Shown here one piece after another: positions 35,890 through 50,820 of a DNA stretch of 64,000 nucleotides. Origin of the DNA: Callorhinchus milii. Taxonomy: Eukaryota. Made by a program: the position numbers and the translations under genes. Position 1 is the first letter of the stretch; each line of letters starts with the position of its first letter. The notes beneath the pieces were generated by a model. That model was not told the origin of the DNA, did no database searches, and was given only the letters and a program-made list of their open reading frames with translations. The DNA is taken from assembly GCF_018977255.1 (NCBI RefSeq), contig NW_024704743.1, positions 37,946,001 to 38,010,000 on the forward strand. The letters run 5' to 3'.

Positions 35890-37810
35890 ACACAGAATTA
35901 CATAGAATATACAGCACAGAAACAGGCCATTCGGCTCAACTGGTCTATGCCGGTGTTTATCCTCCACATGAGCCTCCTCCTGCCCTTCCTCAACTAAGCC
36001 TATCAGCATAACCTTCTATTCCTTTCTCCCTCATGTACATATCTAGCTTCCCCTTAAATGCATCTATGCTTTTCGCCTCAACTATTCTTTGTTGTAGCAA
36101 GTTCCACATTCCCAACACTCTCTGGGTAAAGAAGTTTCCTCTGATCTCCCCATTTGCTTTATTGGTGACTATTTTATATTTATGGCCCTTGATTTTGGTC
36201 TCACCTACAAATGGAAACATCTTCTCTATGTCTATCCCAGCAAAACCTTTCATAATTTTAAAGACCTGTATCAGGTCACCCCTCACCCTTCTCTTTTTAA
36301 GAGAAGAGTCCAAGCATGTTCAGCCTTTCCTGATAGGTATAATCTCACAGTTCCGGTATCATCCTTGTGAATCTCTGTTGCACTTTCTCCAGTGCTTCTA
36401 TATCCTTTCTATAATATGGGGACCAAAACGTTACACAGTATTCCAAGTGTGGTCTAACCAAGGTTCAATATAAGTTTAGCATAACTTCCCTGTTTTTCAT
36501 TTCTATCCCTCTAGAAATGAACCCCAGTGCTTGGTTTGCTTTTTTTATGGCCTTATTAAACGTCACTACATTTAGCGATTTGTCTATCCGTACCCCTAGA
36601 TCCCTTTGCTCCTCTACCTCATTTGGGTTTTTATTTTCCAGGCAGTATGTGACCTCCTTATTCCTTCTACCAAAATAGCACCTCACTCTTATCTATATTG
36701 AAATTCATTTGCCAATTAAATGCCCATTCAGCTGGTTTATTAAGGTCTTGTTGTAATTTGTTGCAATCCTCCTCAGTATTAACTACACCTCCCAATTTGG
36801 TGTCATCCGCAAATTTTGAAATTGTACTTTTGATCCCAGAGTCCACATTGTTTATGTAAATTGTGAACAACAGTGGTCGCAATACCGATCCTTGTGGAAC
36901 ACCACTGCCCACCCCCTGCCAGGCTGAGTAGCTACCCTTTACCCCTACTCTCTGGTTTCTGTCTTGTAGTCAGCTTGCTATCCATTCTGCTACTTTTCCC
37001 CTGCCTCCACATTCTCTGACCTTATTCATTAGTCTACTATGCGGTACCTTATCAAACGCCTTTTGGAAATCCAATATTACTATTATTATATCTACTGCAT
37101 TACCCCTGTCTACTCTTTCTGTTACTTCTTCAAAGAATTCAATGAAGTTGGCCAAGCATGACCTTCCTTTTTGAAATCCGTGCTGTCTATTCTTTATTAT
37201 ATTTTCGATTTCTAGATGTTTTTCTATTACCTTTCAGTAAGGATTCCATTATCTTTCCTACCACTGATGTTAAGCTGACAGGTGTATTGTTCCCTGTGCT
37301 TGTTTTATTTCCCTTTTTAAATATAAGCATAACATTAGCTATCCTCCAGTTCTCTGGCACTATTCCCCTTTCTAATAAATTATTATGTATGTATGTAATA
37401 GTTCCTCGACTATCTCTTCCCTAGATTATTTTAATATATGCAGATGCAATCCATCTAGACCAGGGGTTTTATCCTCTCTGAGTTTGGTTAGTTTATGGAA
37501 TATCTCCCCCCTTTATTATCTTAAATGTATTTATATCATTTTTGATCTCTTCTACTGTCCACCTGATCCGTCTCCCTGGTAAATACTGAGGCAAAGTAAT
37601 TAATCAATATTTCTGCCATTTTGCTGTCACTGCCTGTGAGCTTATCTTTTCCATCCTTTAGTGGCCCTATTTCTATTTTGATTTTTCTTTTGTTATTTAT
37701 GTCTGTAGAATATTTAACTTTTTTTTATATTCCTCGATAATTTAATAGTTCCTCTTCTCCTTCCTAATTGTTTTTTTGACTTATTTCCTCATCTCTTCGT
37801 ATTCTTTTCA
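35890..37810 (-). mobile_element. 5'-truncated CR1 LINE, RT pseudogenised, in an ATP2C1 intron
   Basis: 'LDFQKAFDKVPH', 'SGVPQGSVL..LFTIYIN', 'SKFADDTKLGG', 'RRVRGDLIQVFKIMKG', 'FFTQRV' in broken frames. Confidence 0.92.
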
Positions 37811-38104
37811 CATCTATCATATATCTGCAAAAATTACATACTATACATCACACACCCTGGTAACAAACTGCAAAAAATATTCTTCTAACACAGTCCCTTC
37901 CTGCCACATGTTGTTGTAACAAAGGTTTGCTTTTGTCACCCTCCTTCCTGGCTCTGTTTTAGTGCACTTGCAACTTCAGACTGTTTTCTGCCACAAAAAG
38001 ATCAAAGGAGATTTTGTAATAGTTTTTAACCATGGTAAAATTACCCATCTTACATGAAATACTACAAAATGGAATATATGCTTATATTACAATCAAATCA
38101 TCAT

Positions 38105-38620
38105 CATCAACAATAACAACAAATTGAATTTATATAGCGCCTTTCATATCAGGAGGATGTCTAAGGCGCTGGACAGTCGAGGGTTTGCACCTGAGCTGGG
38201 GGTTAAAAGTCAAAAGTGGTGGGGCCAAGGGGGAGGATGACAAAAAAGAAAGTCTGTGGGCGAGGTGAAGGGACTCCAGGATAGAATTCCAGAGGTTTGG
38301 GGCAGAAAGGCTGCAGACCTGTCAATGGTGGGGCCGGCAGGGCGGGTGACATGGAACAGGCCAGTGCCTGCCAAGCGGAGGGAGTGGGCAGGTTTGTATG
38401 GTTTTAGTAGGTAGGGAGGAGCAAGGCTGTGGAGGGTTTTAAAAAGTGAGAAGGGGGATCTTAAACTTGATTCACTGGGGAGCCAGTGAAGCTGGGTGAG
38501 GATGGTGGTGATCAGGTTTGCTGCTGAGAGGACACAAGGCTGCAGAGCTCTGAATAATCTGCAGCTTGTGGAGGGAAGAATTGGGAAGTCCGGCGAGAAG
38601 GGAGCTAGCATAGCCAGGCT
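38105..38620 (-). mobile_element. L2 LINE 3' fragment
   Basis: 'ILTQLHWLP...FKTLHSLAPPYL' plus L2 tail. Confidence 0.8.
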
Positions 38621-39034
38621 TTCATTCAGATCTATTCAGGTATCCATTCATATCTACAAATACATTTCTGAACACCTTTTGAATTTTATAAATTTTTTGT
38701 TAAAACTCTACTTACTTCCCACTATATAAAAAGGACTGAAACAGTGTGTAGTTTGTAAACTGCACGTAAAATAGGTTCAGTAAATTATGAGAAGGCAGGT
38801 TCATATAAACATGGGATTAAATTTAAGACAGTGAAAACTGAAATCCAGTCTACATCTCTTAAAGATTACTGGTCAATTTTCCTTTACATATTGCAGTTTT
38901 AGATTCAGGGTATTAATGTGTTAAACCAGATATATACAACACAAGAGGCCTTTCAGCCAATTTTGCCTGTGTTAGATCTTTGATAGAGCCATCCATTCAG
39001 GTCCATTTGCCCATGTTCTATATCACTTTTTATA

Positions 39035-39134
39035 TGACGAAGGGTCGTGGACCCGAAACGTTGACTCACTTTCCTTTCTCCATAGATGCTGCCTGACCTG
39101 CTGAGTTTTCCCAGCTCTCTCTGTCTTTGTTTCA
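39035..39134 (+). mobile_element. Penelope-like terminal-repeat relic with a minimal hammerhead-ribozyme-like core
   Basis: TGACGA-A-GGGTC-GTG-GACCC-GAAA-CGTT; first conserved C absent. Confidence 0.55.
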
Positions 39135-39345
39135 CTTTTTATATATCTACCTAGTTTCTGCTTGAAAAAAGCTAATGTGGGGGAAAAAATCCTCCTAAAT
39201 TACCTTAAATTGATGCTCTCTAGTCATTCACGCACTGACCAGTGGAAATAACACCCCCCACCACTACCTTCAGTTTTTCTCTTGGTTATTTCATTGAAGA
39301 ACTTTGATTAGTCAAAGAGGACCTGTCTGTGCATACATCTTTCTA

Positions 39346-39666
39346 AATAATAATAATAATCCTTGCATTTGATACAGTGCTTTTTCACGTCTTCTAGACA
39401 TCTCAAAGCACTTCACGGAATATGCTGTAAAGTGAATTGACTGTATATTTGTGGGCGAAACGCGGCAGCCAATTGCGCACAGCAATGTCCCACAAATAGT
39501 CGTGGATTGAAGTGACCAAATTATTATTCTTTTCTTTTTTTTTCTTGAGGGATCATTATCAGGCGTGTGGAGTAAGGAAACTTGCCCAAAGTTTCGCCCT
39601 GCCGGGAATCAACCCAGGTCTCTCGCTTGTGAGGTGAGTGCTCTAACCACTGAGCTACAGGACTCC
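39346..39666 (-). mobile_element. Full-length tRNA-derived Deu-domain SINE
   Basis: Reverse-complement match to 10814-11127. Confidence 0.85.
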
Positions 39667-40339
39667 ATGGTTATTGGTTAAATGGTTACTAAAGTGATGA
39701 CCTTTGAAGGTTTGTTCACTATGGATGTTAGACTGACTGATCTATAGTTACTTGGCTTACCACAATGTCCATTTTGAACTGAAATGTTGCTTAGTGTATA
39801 TAGGCTGGCGGGCTGAAAATCAATTTGTCTCGTGTGTAATGGTACTTTATTAATGAGACAATTTAAACATACAAATGAATGACCTGCAGGGTCTGCCAGG
39901 ATTGAAAGCATTTAATATAAGCTGTCAAATATCATCAGAATCAAGAATAGCCTAGTCATTCTGCACTTCTGGAAAAGTATCAGTCCAGGTTAGTGGCAGG
40001 TTCCGTGTCAGCTCTTTGTAACAATGTTCTTCTCCTCTCTCTCTCTAAATAAACTCTTTCTCATCTCTGGTGTGCACAATTTAAACATAGTTGTGGGGGC
40101 CATATTTAATATGGGTGTAACATAATTAAGAAAATAGATGTAAGAATTAAATCATAAAAGGCTATGGATGATGCAAAATTGAGTACAATGATAGGCTGAA
40201 AATGATAAGTCAATACCAAAAAGTCAGTTCCTTTAAGTTGGAATTCAGGTATCAGCAAAAACATCTTTGTACACACAAGAAGCGCTACCTCCGAAGTTAA
40301 ACTAGCTTGCAGAATTGTTCAAAGAAATAGTAGCATTAC

Positions 40340-40496
40340 CTCGAAGTCCAGCAGTGCCCATGTACGATTTCTCCTGGTGATATAATTCCTTCTGTTGCTG
40401 GGTGAGTGACAGAGTTTGACCTTGGCTGTTGTAGCTTGAGCAAAACTGAATTACATGTTCATAGGCGCCTTTCATAAAATAGATCTCTGCTTTATC
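40340..40496 (-). CDS. ATP2C1: ATP2C1 exon (KGA motif)
   Basis: [19 protein letters not shown]...[11 protein letters not shown]. Confidence 0.93.
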
Positions 40497-42207
40497 CTAT
40501 ATGGAAAGAAATTGATAAATATAAAACTGTCGTATTCAAAACGATTGATTTTGATCAATGAGGTGTTAATAACACTCTCTTGGGCGGGCCCTGCCTCAGA
40601 GACAGCTAATTCTTCACATCAGTAGAAGCAATGAATCCATCCAGGGCAATCCATATTAGACATCATGGTGTGAGGACTTACCACATTTGAAGAAAACAAT
40701 GCTAGCTCACAGTAAATTATTCAGCTAGGTATAACAACATCACAGTTCAAAAATACAAAAATTCAATTATAAAGATGAAATTAAAAGGTACAACAGATTA
40801 GCACAATGGTGCAAGCTTGATGGGCCGAACGGCCTCCTTTTGCATTGTATATTCCATGTTTCCACGATTCCATGTTTTTTGTTTATATGATGATTTTTTT
40901 GTTGAACTGTTGATTAGGAATGTAAGCAGTTCACGAGATAACAAGTGCATTATCTTGCCAGATTTCTAAGCTAATGAGTGATGCAACAAGCTCCAGTGCA
41001 AAAGCTCACCAAAGAAAAACAACTGTTAATAGGTCCAATAAGTGCCAGCTTCTGTAGGCTCATATTCCAAATAAACAAATCCAGTTAATCACCGAAAAAT
41101 CCAAAACACTCAATTTCTTCTGTTTGTCGTTTGAAAAAATTACCTTTTAAATTGTGCTCTGGTGAAATTCAGGAAATTCGAAACCCAATTTGAGGCATAC
41201 GGAGCTTGGGCAAACAAAAGGGAACCAAAGCAGAATTCAGAGGACTAGAACCAAGGTCAGGGGAAAAAATAGAATAATGAGCTAAAATTGTCACCCATAC
41301 GGAGAACGGATTCCTAAGCACTAGCAAAAATGTAGTGTCTACATACAAAAAAGGTAATCAAGGCGTATCTCAGTTTATTGTATTGCTGCTGAGGTTAAAA
41401 AGCTTTTCACTTCTTTGGAAATACTGTATTTGAAACTTCTGATTGGCATTCTGTCTGAGCTAGGAAAACACAGAGGCAGGCAAATGCAGCCGTGTCATTC
41501 AACAGTACTGAATTTTACCAGCTTCCCAAATCATGCCAATCTGCAAACCTTCTCATAAAACCCGCTCAGTGATGGTATTGTGACTGATACCAGTGGAGCA
41601 GTCAGGTCTCTGAAAAGGAAGAGAAGCCCAATTGGTAGGTCTCTTCAAGAATGGAAAATAATTGTTATTCAACTGCACGCAGAATTGCATTAAGAATTCA
41701 ATCTGGCTTCTCCAGTACTGGTTGCTAATTTTGTTCTGCATAATCTGGAGTTTTGAGGCAAACTAGTGTACATTCCTGTGTGAAATCATTTACCAACATA
41801 GAGTAGGCATCAAACCTAGGACTTTCCTTCCTGTATGGCTCAGTTTTATTCACTATATAAACTCCACTGTTAGAAGCCAAGAAAAAAATCTGAAACTTGT
41901 TTTTCCTTCCACCACTCAGATAGAATAGGGGGATAAGTTAAATATAAAAGCAAACTTCAAATATACTACTCCATATTTTTCCTTTGCAATTAGGAGTACA
42001 ATTACTATAGGAATTTACAGTCAAACACAGAACAGTTTTCAAAAGCAATTTGAAGAGTGAGTTTAAGAAGAATGAATGGAAAACAATAATTGTTAAAAAC
42101 AATAGTCAAAGGTTAAATACATTTTGAAATCTTATGCAGTGTTCATTGGCTTTAACCTTATAAAATGCAACTGCCCGAATCAATGTTAAAATCAAATATT
42201 GTTAAAC

Positions 42208-42312
42208 CTGCTGAGTTCTGTGCACACATTTCACAGCCATCCATTTCTGCTCCGAACTAAATGGATATTCAGCTCTTCTTAAATAATCATGCTGAAGACC
42301 TTCCAGACCCAT
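42208..42312 (-). CDS. ATP2C1: ATP2C1 exon
   Basis: [39 protein letters not shown]. Confidence 0.93.
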
Positions 42313-44099
42313 CTAAGGGAGAAGGAAAAAACATTTAGAACTGACGTGCTATATTAAATGCAAGGATTATTATTATATTATTTAATATCTTCAAATATAT
42401 GAGCAAATCTGTTTGAGAATACTAGAATCAGTCATTACTGAGCTTGCTCTCTATGCTGATGTTAAACTGGCTTTCTCCTGGACAACTGGATTTCTTCGCC
42501 TCATGTATTATTAACCTCATCCACAAAGTGTGACCTTAATCCTTAGCTCACAAACAAGAGGAGAGAAATAAACCTCAGATTACTGCAGTGTTCCAGTAGC
42601 CTTCTGCCCCGCCTGATCATCTTCTGGGTATATTCATCAATAGATAAACTGCAGGAGCCACTCACTGTATTGTATGTATTGATGATCTTACAAAACAGTA
42701 AATTAGCAATATGCAATGATATCGTTGAGCACTTCACAATAGACCAAATAATCTTAGAGCATTAATCACAACACAAGTTGTGCAAAGTGCTTGAAGTTTA
42801 TTTGGAAAATTCAGTTATTCTCATTCCCATAAAATTGAAGCAATATTCTGTGGCACAAAATGAAGCTCATTTCTAGGAGAATACCCAGCCAGAAGTGGAG
42901 TCTAACATTCACTTTATTAATTTTTAACAACATTAAAAATCTAATATACTGCTCACCCAGAAGCTCGCAGGTTGAATAGAACAACAACAACAAATTTCAT
43001 GTATATAGGACTTTTCATGTCGGGAAGACATCCCAAGGCGCTGTTAATCTCATTACCATTAAAAAAAGGAATATTCTGTTACACAAAATAAAGCTAATTT
43101 CTAGGAGAATACCCAGCCAGGACAGAGAGGTAAAGAAGAGTGGAATAGGAGAGGAGGGGGGCTCGTGTGCAGTATAAGCACCAGCACAATCTAAATGGCC
43201 AATTAAATGCCCTTTTTTGTGCTGTGTCATTCTATGTCATCTTATGGAGTAATTTTCTACTAATCTGCAGTCTTGCACAATTGCTTAAAATTCTGCACAC
43301 GACATTTGCTGATCCACAAACAACACAAGCATTAATCTTCAGCACAAGTGACAAGGCAGTGTTTACCTTTGAAACTGAAAACCAGGACAGTAAATGCCAA
43401 ATTGTGTTGTGAAGGATTAATCACCTGGTTGAACCTTGTATTGATCACGAAAAGTGATAACTTGCTTTGACATTCTCTTCCCTCATCATTTACACAGCAC
43501 ATGGTATCTAATACAAATCAATTTAGGGTGGGATCAATTTTTAATTATTTTTCACAAGGAGTGTGCTCAGGATATCAGCATCTAAAACAGAAGTATCTAA
43601 TGAGCACTTTAGTGCTGACACCATTCCATGACTGCCAAAAAAGCCCTCACTGTAAACAGGTACAGTCTCATGAGACTTGGTGTCCGATAAGACTCTTCAG
43701 CCTTGACAAATACTTAGGAGTCTGCTTGCCACTTGGAGAAAATCTGGTTTACTTATCATTTCCATCCTTGATCGGCTCCACTGACTACTCAGTCCTCAGC
43801 AGATCAAATTCAACATCCTCATTGTGTTCAAATTCTTCCACAGCATCGCCCCACCCTACTTCTGCAACGGCCTGCATCTCTAGCACACCAGCTTCATGTA
43901 CCCTGCTCTATTCACTCCAAAGGTGAGTGAGTTTTCAACCATTCTGCCAGAAACTCCTTCATAGAGTCCTTCCTCCTTGCTCCCTCCTTCCCTTTAAAGA
44001 CAAGCTTAAGAACTATCTTTTCAACCACACTTGCGATCACCTTCTCCACCCACATCTACTTGGGTGCCCAGTCAGCTGTGTAAAGCATTTTGAGACATT

Positions 44100-44500
44100 T
44101 TTTGCATTTGATATAGCGCCCTTCACAACATGGGAATGTTTCAAAGTAATTCACAGTATTATGTAATGATTTTTTTGTAGGCAAACATGGCAGCCAATTT
44201 TCACATAGTAATATCCGACAAACAGTCATGAAGTAAATGACAACATTTATTTGGGGGATTATTGGTCGGGACACCTGGAGAAATTCGATTCTTTACAAGT
44301 AGTGCCATGGTATTTTTGATGTTCACCTGAACAGACAGACAGGACCTCAGTTTAATATCTCATCTGAAGAACATTTCAATTACAAAGCACTGCACCCCCA
44401 GCATTTCATTCGAATGTCAATCTAGAAAACATTAGTTTGTACATTAGGCTTGAATCCACAACCTTACTATTCAGAGGTGAGAGTGCTGTTAACTGACACC
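44100..44500 (-). mobile_element. Older Deu-domain SINE
   Basis: Tail, core and head colinear with 33080-33440. Confidence 0.7.
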
Positions 44501-44699
44501 TGTTGGTCTTAAGATAGCATTAAGTGACTCCAGAAGTTATAATTAAGATCATATATTCATTAATTCATTTGATAAGTGTTTCTTTGCCTCTTAATATTTT
44601 ACTCAAAATGTAAAATAGTGGTAAATCCTTGTTCTATTGGTGTCACTTTGGCTTAGTTGGTAGCATTCTCACCTGCAAGTCAGAAGGTTATGGGGTCAA

Positions 44700-45670
44700 G
44701 ACGTTTATTTAATATTTTTATAAATGATCTGGAACTAGGAGTCGCAAACATAGTGGCTAAATCTGCAGATGACACAAAGTTAATGAAGGTGGTAGATTAC
44801 GAAGCTGAACAAGATAGGTTACTGGAGGATTTGAACATACTTGGGAATTGGGCAGATCGGTGGCAAATGAAATCCAATGTGGAGAAATGTAAAGTACTTC
44901 ACATGGGGACAAAAAATCCTGGGACTATTATTTGAACAGAAGGAAAATAATATGTATGGAAAATGAAAAAGACCTGGGGCTCCTGATTGACAATATATTG
45001 AAGCTCTCCCAACAATACTCTGTGTCAATGAGTAAAGCAAACCAGATGTTGGGATGTATCAAAAGATCAATAGCAAGCCAAAATAGTGTGGTAATCCTGC
45101 CACTGTATAAATCATTGGTGAGACCATACTTAGGGTACCGTTCACAGTTCTAGTCGCCGCAGTATAAAAAGGATATTAGAGAAATCGAGAAGATACAGAG
45201 GAGAGCAACCAAAATGATTGAGGGAATGGAAGGACTGGACTATGAGGAGCGACTAAGTAAACTGGGCATTTTCACGCTGGAAAAGAGAAGATTGAGAGGC
45301 GACATGATTGCTGTCTTTAAGATTCTGAAGGGCCAAGACAACACAGATCATGACTGGCTGTTTCAACTTGTCCAGAATTGTAAAACCAAAGGACACGGCC
45401 TGCGATTGAAGGGGGTGTAAATTCAGAACAAATCTACGCAAACACTATTTCAGTGAGCGAATAGTGAACCTGTGGAACAGGCTCCCTAGGGAGACGGTTG
45501 AAGCAGGAAGTGATGATTCTTTCAAACACAGAATAGATAAGTTTCCTTTTAGGAAATAACATTATGGGATATAGGTAGTTTGGGACATATGTGCATGCGA
45601 GCACCAGGAAGGTGGAAGGCCAACTAAATTGACCTCACTTTTTTTTCTAGCATTTCTTATGTTCTTATGT
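44700..45670 (+). mobile_element. 5'-truncated CR1 LINE, second subfamily, with (TTCTTATG)2 tail
   Basis: 'LFNIFINDLE..ADDTKL..KCKVLHMG', 'LYKSLVRP', 'LEKRRLRGDMIAVFKILKG'; terminal 8-mer repeat. Confidence 0.92.
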
Positions 45671-45846
45671 AAACTGTTTGGGTGGACTTTAGATTTTTCA
45701 TAGCACTATTCGAAAAGAAAAGGCAGTGTCTCCCAGTATTCTGGAGATTATTATTATGTATCATACAAAACACTGGTAGGTTTCATGGTATTTGTGCAGC
45801 TTGGATTTCCCTAAGATAATAGATTAGTAATTTCTGAAATATTTAC

Positions 45847-45936
45847 CTTCATTGCAAGAGCAATCAAAGCTCCCTCAGTAGGTTGTCCCATCAGGGAGTC
45901 ATTCTGAATAACAGCATCATTACATACACAGCCAGC
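45847..45936 (-). CDS. ATP2C1: ATP2C1 exon
   Basis: [34 protein letters not shown]. Confidence 0.93.
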
Positions 45937-46063
45937 CTAGGAAAAACAAAACAAAGAAACATTGCCAAGTATGATAAAACTAAAAGAATTTTACCTTGAA
46001 ATTTAAAAATGTAGGTTTTGTTTAAAGGGTGCATTTTATAACTTTTATTTATTTAGAGCTTAC

Positions 46064-46159
46064 CTCCACAATTCTACTTATTGAAGACTTAGAGAAGCCA
46101 TGAATCACTTCACCATCCATCAATACCTCTCCATATCTGTTATAGCCAACACCAACAAC
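46064..46159 (-). CDS. ATP2C1: ATP2C1 exon
   Basis: [36 protein letters not shown]. Confidence 0.92.
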
Positions 46160-46589
46160 CTGCAAACCAAACAGAATACAATGCAAGAGAAAGTAAACGT
46201 TATAAGCAATTTATTAGTTCAAGGATTGAAAAAAGGTCAAATGAAATGAATGCGTGCATATAACACTACAGCCCAGTTATAATGAGAAGTATCCAAGCTG
46301 CTTGCTCTATTAGATTCTACTCAACAAATTTAAAATTAATATTCCATTTATGAAGATGGAATCTGCACAATCTCAAAACAATGAGTACAACAGTCCCAGT
46401 CTTCCAGTCATTTTCCTGGAAGCTAGTCATTTCAGTCATAACTGTGAATGACTACCTTTCAGGAAAATGCCAATAAGACTGGGTCTGTTGTGCTCAACAG
46501 TCTCCCATTAGGCTAAATATATTATGTCCGACACTTAATAAACAACTGTTAACTCTCTGTAAATTCCAACTCTTCAATAATACTCATAT

Positions 46590-46731
46590 CACTGCTGTGC
46601 GCAATTGGCTGCCGCATTCCATCCACAAATATACAGTCAATTCATTTTACAGTATATTCTGTGAAGCGCTTTGAGACATCTAGAAGACGTGAAAAGCGCT
46701 ATATCAAATGCAAGGATTATTATTATTATTA
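46590..46731 (+). mobile_element. 5'-truncated Deu-SINE (core plus tail)
   Basis: Near-identical to 10998-11127. Confidence 0.85.
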
Positions 46732-47145
46732 TATCAAGGAAGGCTCTTCTCTTGTCAACCAACCTGGAAAATGTGGGTTCTTCCTCTCACATCTAACCTG
46801 TGAGATGTACGAACTGCACTCTCCCTCTGGGTTATGTTAAAAATCTTAGGCTTTATTGCAGAATACTGTCAGTATGTGTGGATACTGCTTACAAGTTTGG
46901 GCTTTGCATTTGTTCCCAATACGTAGGTTTCCCCCTTCATTCAAATAGTTACAAATCTATATTTTTGTAAACTATATTGAGAGTCTCAGATCTTTGTATA
47001 ATTAGTGACTATTACCTGCTGATTTTATAAAATGCTAGGCTTAGAACTAGGCTTTTCCTCTGATTTTTGGGTGTTATTTTTTGGTGCTTTACATTCTATT
47101 TGGAAAACAAAAAGTGTTGGTAATTTAAATAGAAATTTCAAGCTA

Positions 47146-47391
<246 letters not shown>

Positions 47392-47431
47392 TTAAGTTTT
47401 CAACACTGAGCTTAAAGCTTTGTTTATGTTA

Positions 47432-47934
<503 letters not shown>

Positions 47935-48607
47935 CATTGCCAGACATTGCCTCCGCAACATTGCCAGACTCTGCCACTGCCTCACCCCCTCAGACTGCTG
48001 AAACCCTCGCCCATGCATTTGTCACATCAAGGCTCGATTACGGGAACTCCCTCCTCATCGGCCTTCCCAACTCTTCCCTGCACAAGCTGCAGATCATTCA
48101 AAACTCTGCAGCTCGTGTACTCTCACACACCAGGCTCCGTGACCCCATCACTCCCACCCTCGCCCGACTCCACTGGCTCCCCATCCCCCAGAGGATCGAG
48201 TTCAAGATACTCGTCCTCACTTTCAAGGCCGTCCATGGCCTTGTCCCCTCCTACCTCTCTGACCTGCTGACTCCGTACCAACCTGCCCGCTCCCTCCATT
48301 CATCAGGCTCCAGCCTGCTCCATGTCTCCCACCTGACCCGCCTTACCATCGGTGGCCGGGCTTTCAGCCTCTCTGCTCCCACACTCTGGAACTCCATCCC
48401 ACTGTCCCTTCGCCTCACTTCCTCCTTAAGGCCAGTCTCAAGACCCTTCTCTTCGACCGTGCCTTTGGTCTCCCTCCCACCTCTCTACCTTTCTTCACCC
48501 TTGCACCACCCCTCCCCCATGCTCGGGCCCCGACATCTGACTGTTCAGCGCATTGGGACATCCTCCTGACGTGAAAGGCGCTCTATAAATGTCATTTTGT
48601 TGTTGTT
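47935..48607 (+). mobile_element. 5'-truncated L2 LINE, little decayed
   Basis: 'AETLAHAFVTSRLDYGNSLLIGLP..LHWLPIPQRIEFK..GGRAFS..APTLWNSIP' plus (TTG)n tail. Confidence 0.92.
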
Positions 48608-49355
48608 TTGGGGTATCCAGGGCCACACCACAGTGTTGTGGGAGGGGACACAGGAGGGGACACAGGCTGCAGAGTTCTGGATAGTCTGCAGCTTGTGTAT
48701 GGAGGAGCTGGAGAAGTCAATCAAGGAGGGCTTTAGAGGTGTGCATAAGGGTGTCAACAGCTTGGTTCAAGGCAGTGGGGTAGCCAGGCACTGTTGAAGA
48801 GTGAGGGAAGGTAGAGGGAGTGAGAGCCCAGGTACAGGGTTTAAAGGATAGTTGATGGTCAAAGACAGAGGTTCCGCACTGGCTCCATGTGGTGGAGGTT
48901 TATAATAGAGGCACACAGTGAAATCATATTAAAGGTTTCCACATACAGCACAAAAAGAGACCATTCAGTTCATCGGGTCTACTCTAGGGTTTTACTCCAC
49001 ATCGATCATCTAATCTAACTTCACTGTCCCGCCCCTCAACCACACCACTAAATATTCTGATTTTTCAGGCATTGTGTGCTAATCTAGTTTTGTAGAAAAT
49101 AAAGAAACTCATAAATTGTTGGAATTCAGCTCCAAGTCCTCCATCTCCCCCCCCCCCCCCCCGGAGGAAATCAGGCTCAGGAATTTAAATCAAGACCACC
49201 GATTGGGTTCCAATATTCTAATGCCAGGCTTATTACCTTGGCTCCACGCCAGAGAGCTGCTCATTTCTCTTATCTCACCTTCCCCCCCACTCCCCCGAAA
49301 TAGATGAACGATTAGGGCTGGAAGCAGGAGAAATGAGATGTAAAGCATAGCTTAC

Positions 49356-49422
49356 CTCACTCCAATAGTGAACATATCAAGAATGTGTTTCCCTTGCAGC
49401 CAGCCAACCAACATTATAACAC
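49356..49422 (-). CDS. ATP2C1: ATP2C1 exon
   Basis: VIMLVGWLQGKHILDMFTIGV; GT-AG. Confidence 0.92.
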
Positions 49423-49792
49423 CTAAAATAATGGAAAAGTAACACCTTTACAAGCTGTTAACACATTTCTTTTAAGCAGAAGTCTTTATAATGAAATACA
49501 ATCAATAACAGCTAGTACCTTTGAATAGTACTTTTCACACAAGATAAATATCTCAAAGCAGTAACCAGACATGAGAGCAGAAAGAAAGAAAACGGGAGAT
49601 TTCAATAGATTGATAAAAGAACAGTTTTTAAGAGGAGCAAGAAATCAATTATCTATAAAATAGACTTAGGTTCCTTTCACCACTCGCTTCCTGAAAATTT
49701 CAACAGATAATAGAAATCTGCAATTTATGTTGGATTATTTCCAAACGAACAGGTAGCTTCATATCATAGTTAATTTCTTCAACTAGACCTTA

Positions 49793-49915
<123 letters not shown>

Positions 49916-50537
49916 TTAAAAATGTGCACACAACTGTTTTGAATTATGTTGCACATTTAGCTATGATTACAAAAAACTATAAACTGGGGTTAAAGCAATA
50001 TTCTTCCAAATGTCTTGCATCTCAGTGACATTATTGCTAATAACAGGTGGTGCTCAAGTACTGTAAACATGCAAGGTGAAAACATTTTTAAAGCAATGAT
50101 TGGCCAGTATGGGGGGGGGGGGGGGGGGGGGGGTGGGGGGAGGAGACAGAATTGCGTCAAGCTACGAGCCTTGAAAGGATTAAGACAATATTCCACTGAA
50201 TAGGTAAACAAAAAAGATCTTGTAAATATAACAAAATATAATACAGAAGATCAAACTGATCACTATCTGACTGGGAATGAAACCTAAGTAATCTATAAAC
50301 TTGGCAACATGAAGCAACCTGAGAATTTAGATGGCATAATAGTTCAGTGCCAAAAATAATGGGTCACAGAACCACCGTCCAGTAGTAAAATGAACGGGAA
50401 TAGGTTTCACTTGAAAATTGCAGTATTTTTTTTACAAATATAGGTACTACTTTTATGCCAAGGAAACAGAAAAGCTTAGGATCCTCAAAAAATATATTTA
50501 CTTGTTAAAGTTTACTTCATCATTTCCAAAAACTTAC

Positions 50538-50606
50538 TTCTTCAGCTTGCATCATTTTGAAAACCTCTCCAAATTCTGAGTTTTCTCCGGTTCCTATAAC
50601 AATGCC
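50538..50606 (-). CDS. ATP2C1: ATP2C1 exon
   Basis: [27 protein letters not shown]. Confidence 0.92.
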
Positions 50607-50820
50607 CTGCAAATTCACAAAGTCAGCTTAATTGATTAAAATATGGATGTTGTTGGTATTAAAGCAAACTCTTCTTTTTAAATCAGACTCCAGAATATGG
50701 AGTAATGTTCCTCAAGAAATCTTATTTCTAATATGTTTTAATAATCAGTTAAAATTGCTCACCGAGAATTATCAAACTAAAACCATTTATCCGATTTACT
50801 AGATTAAAGAGCAGAATTAC

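Noticed and set aside
50110..50140. Long poly-G run, and single N bases at about 15847, 19089 and 55576
   Set aside because: Homopolymer or assembly features with no independent sign of function.
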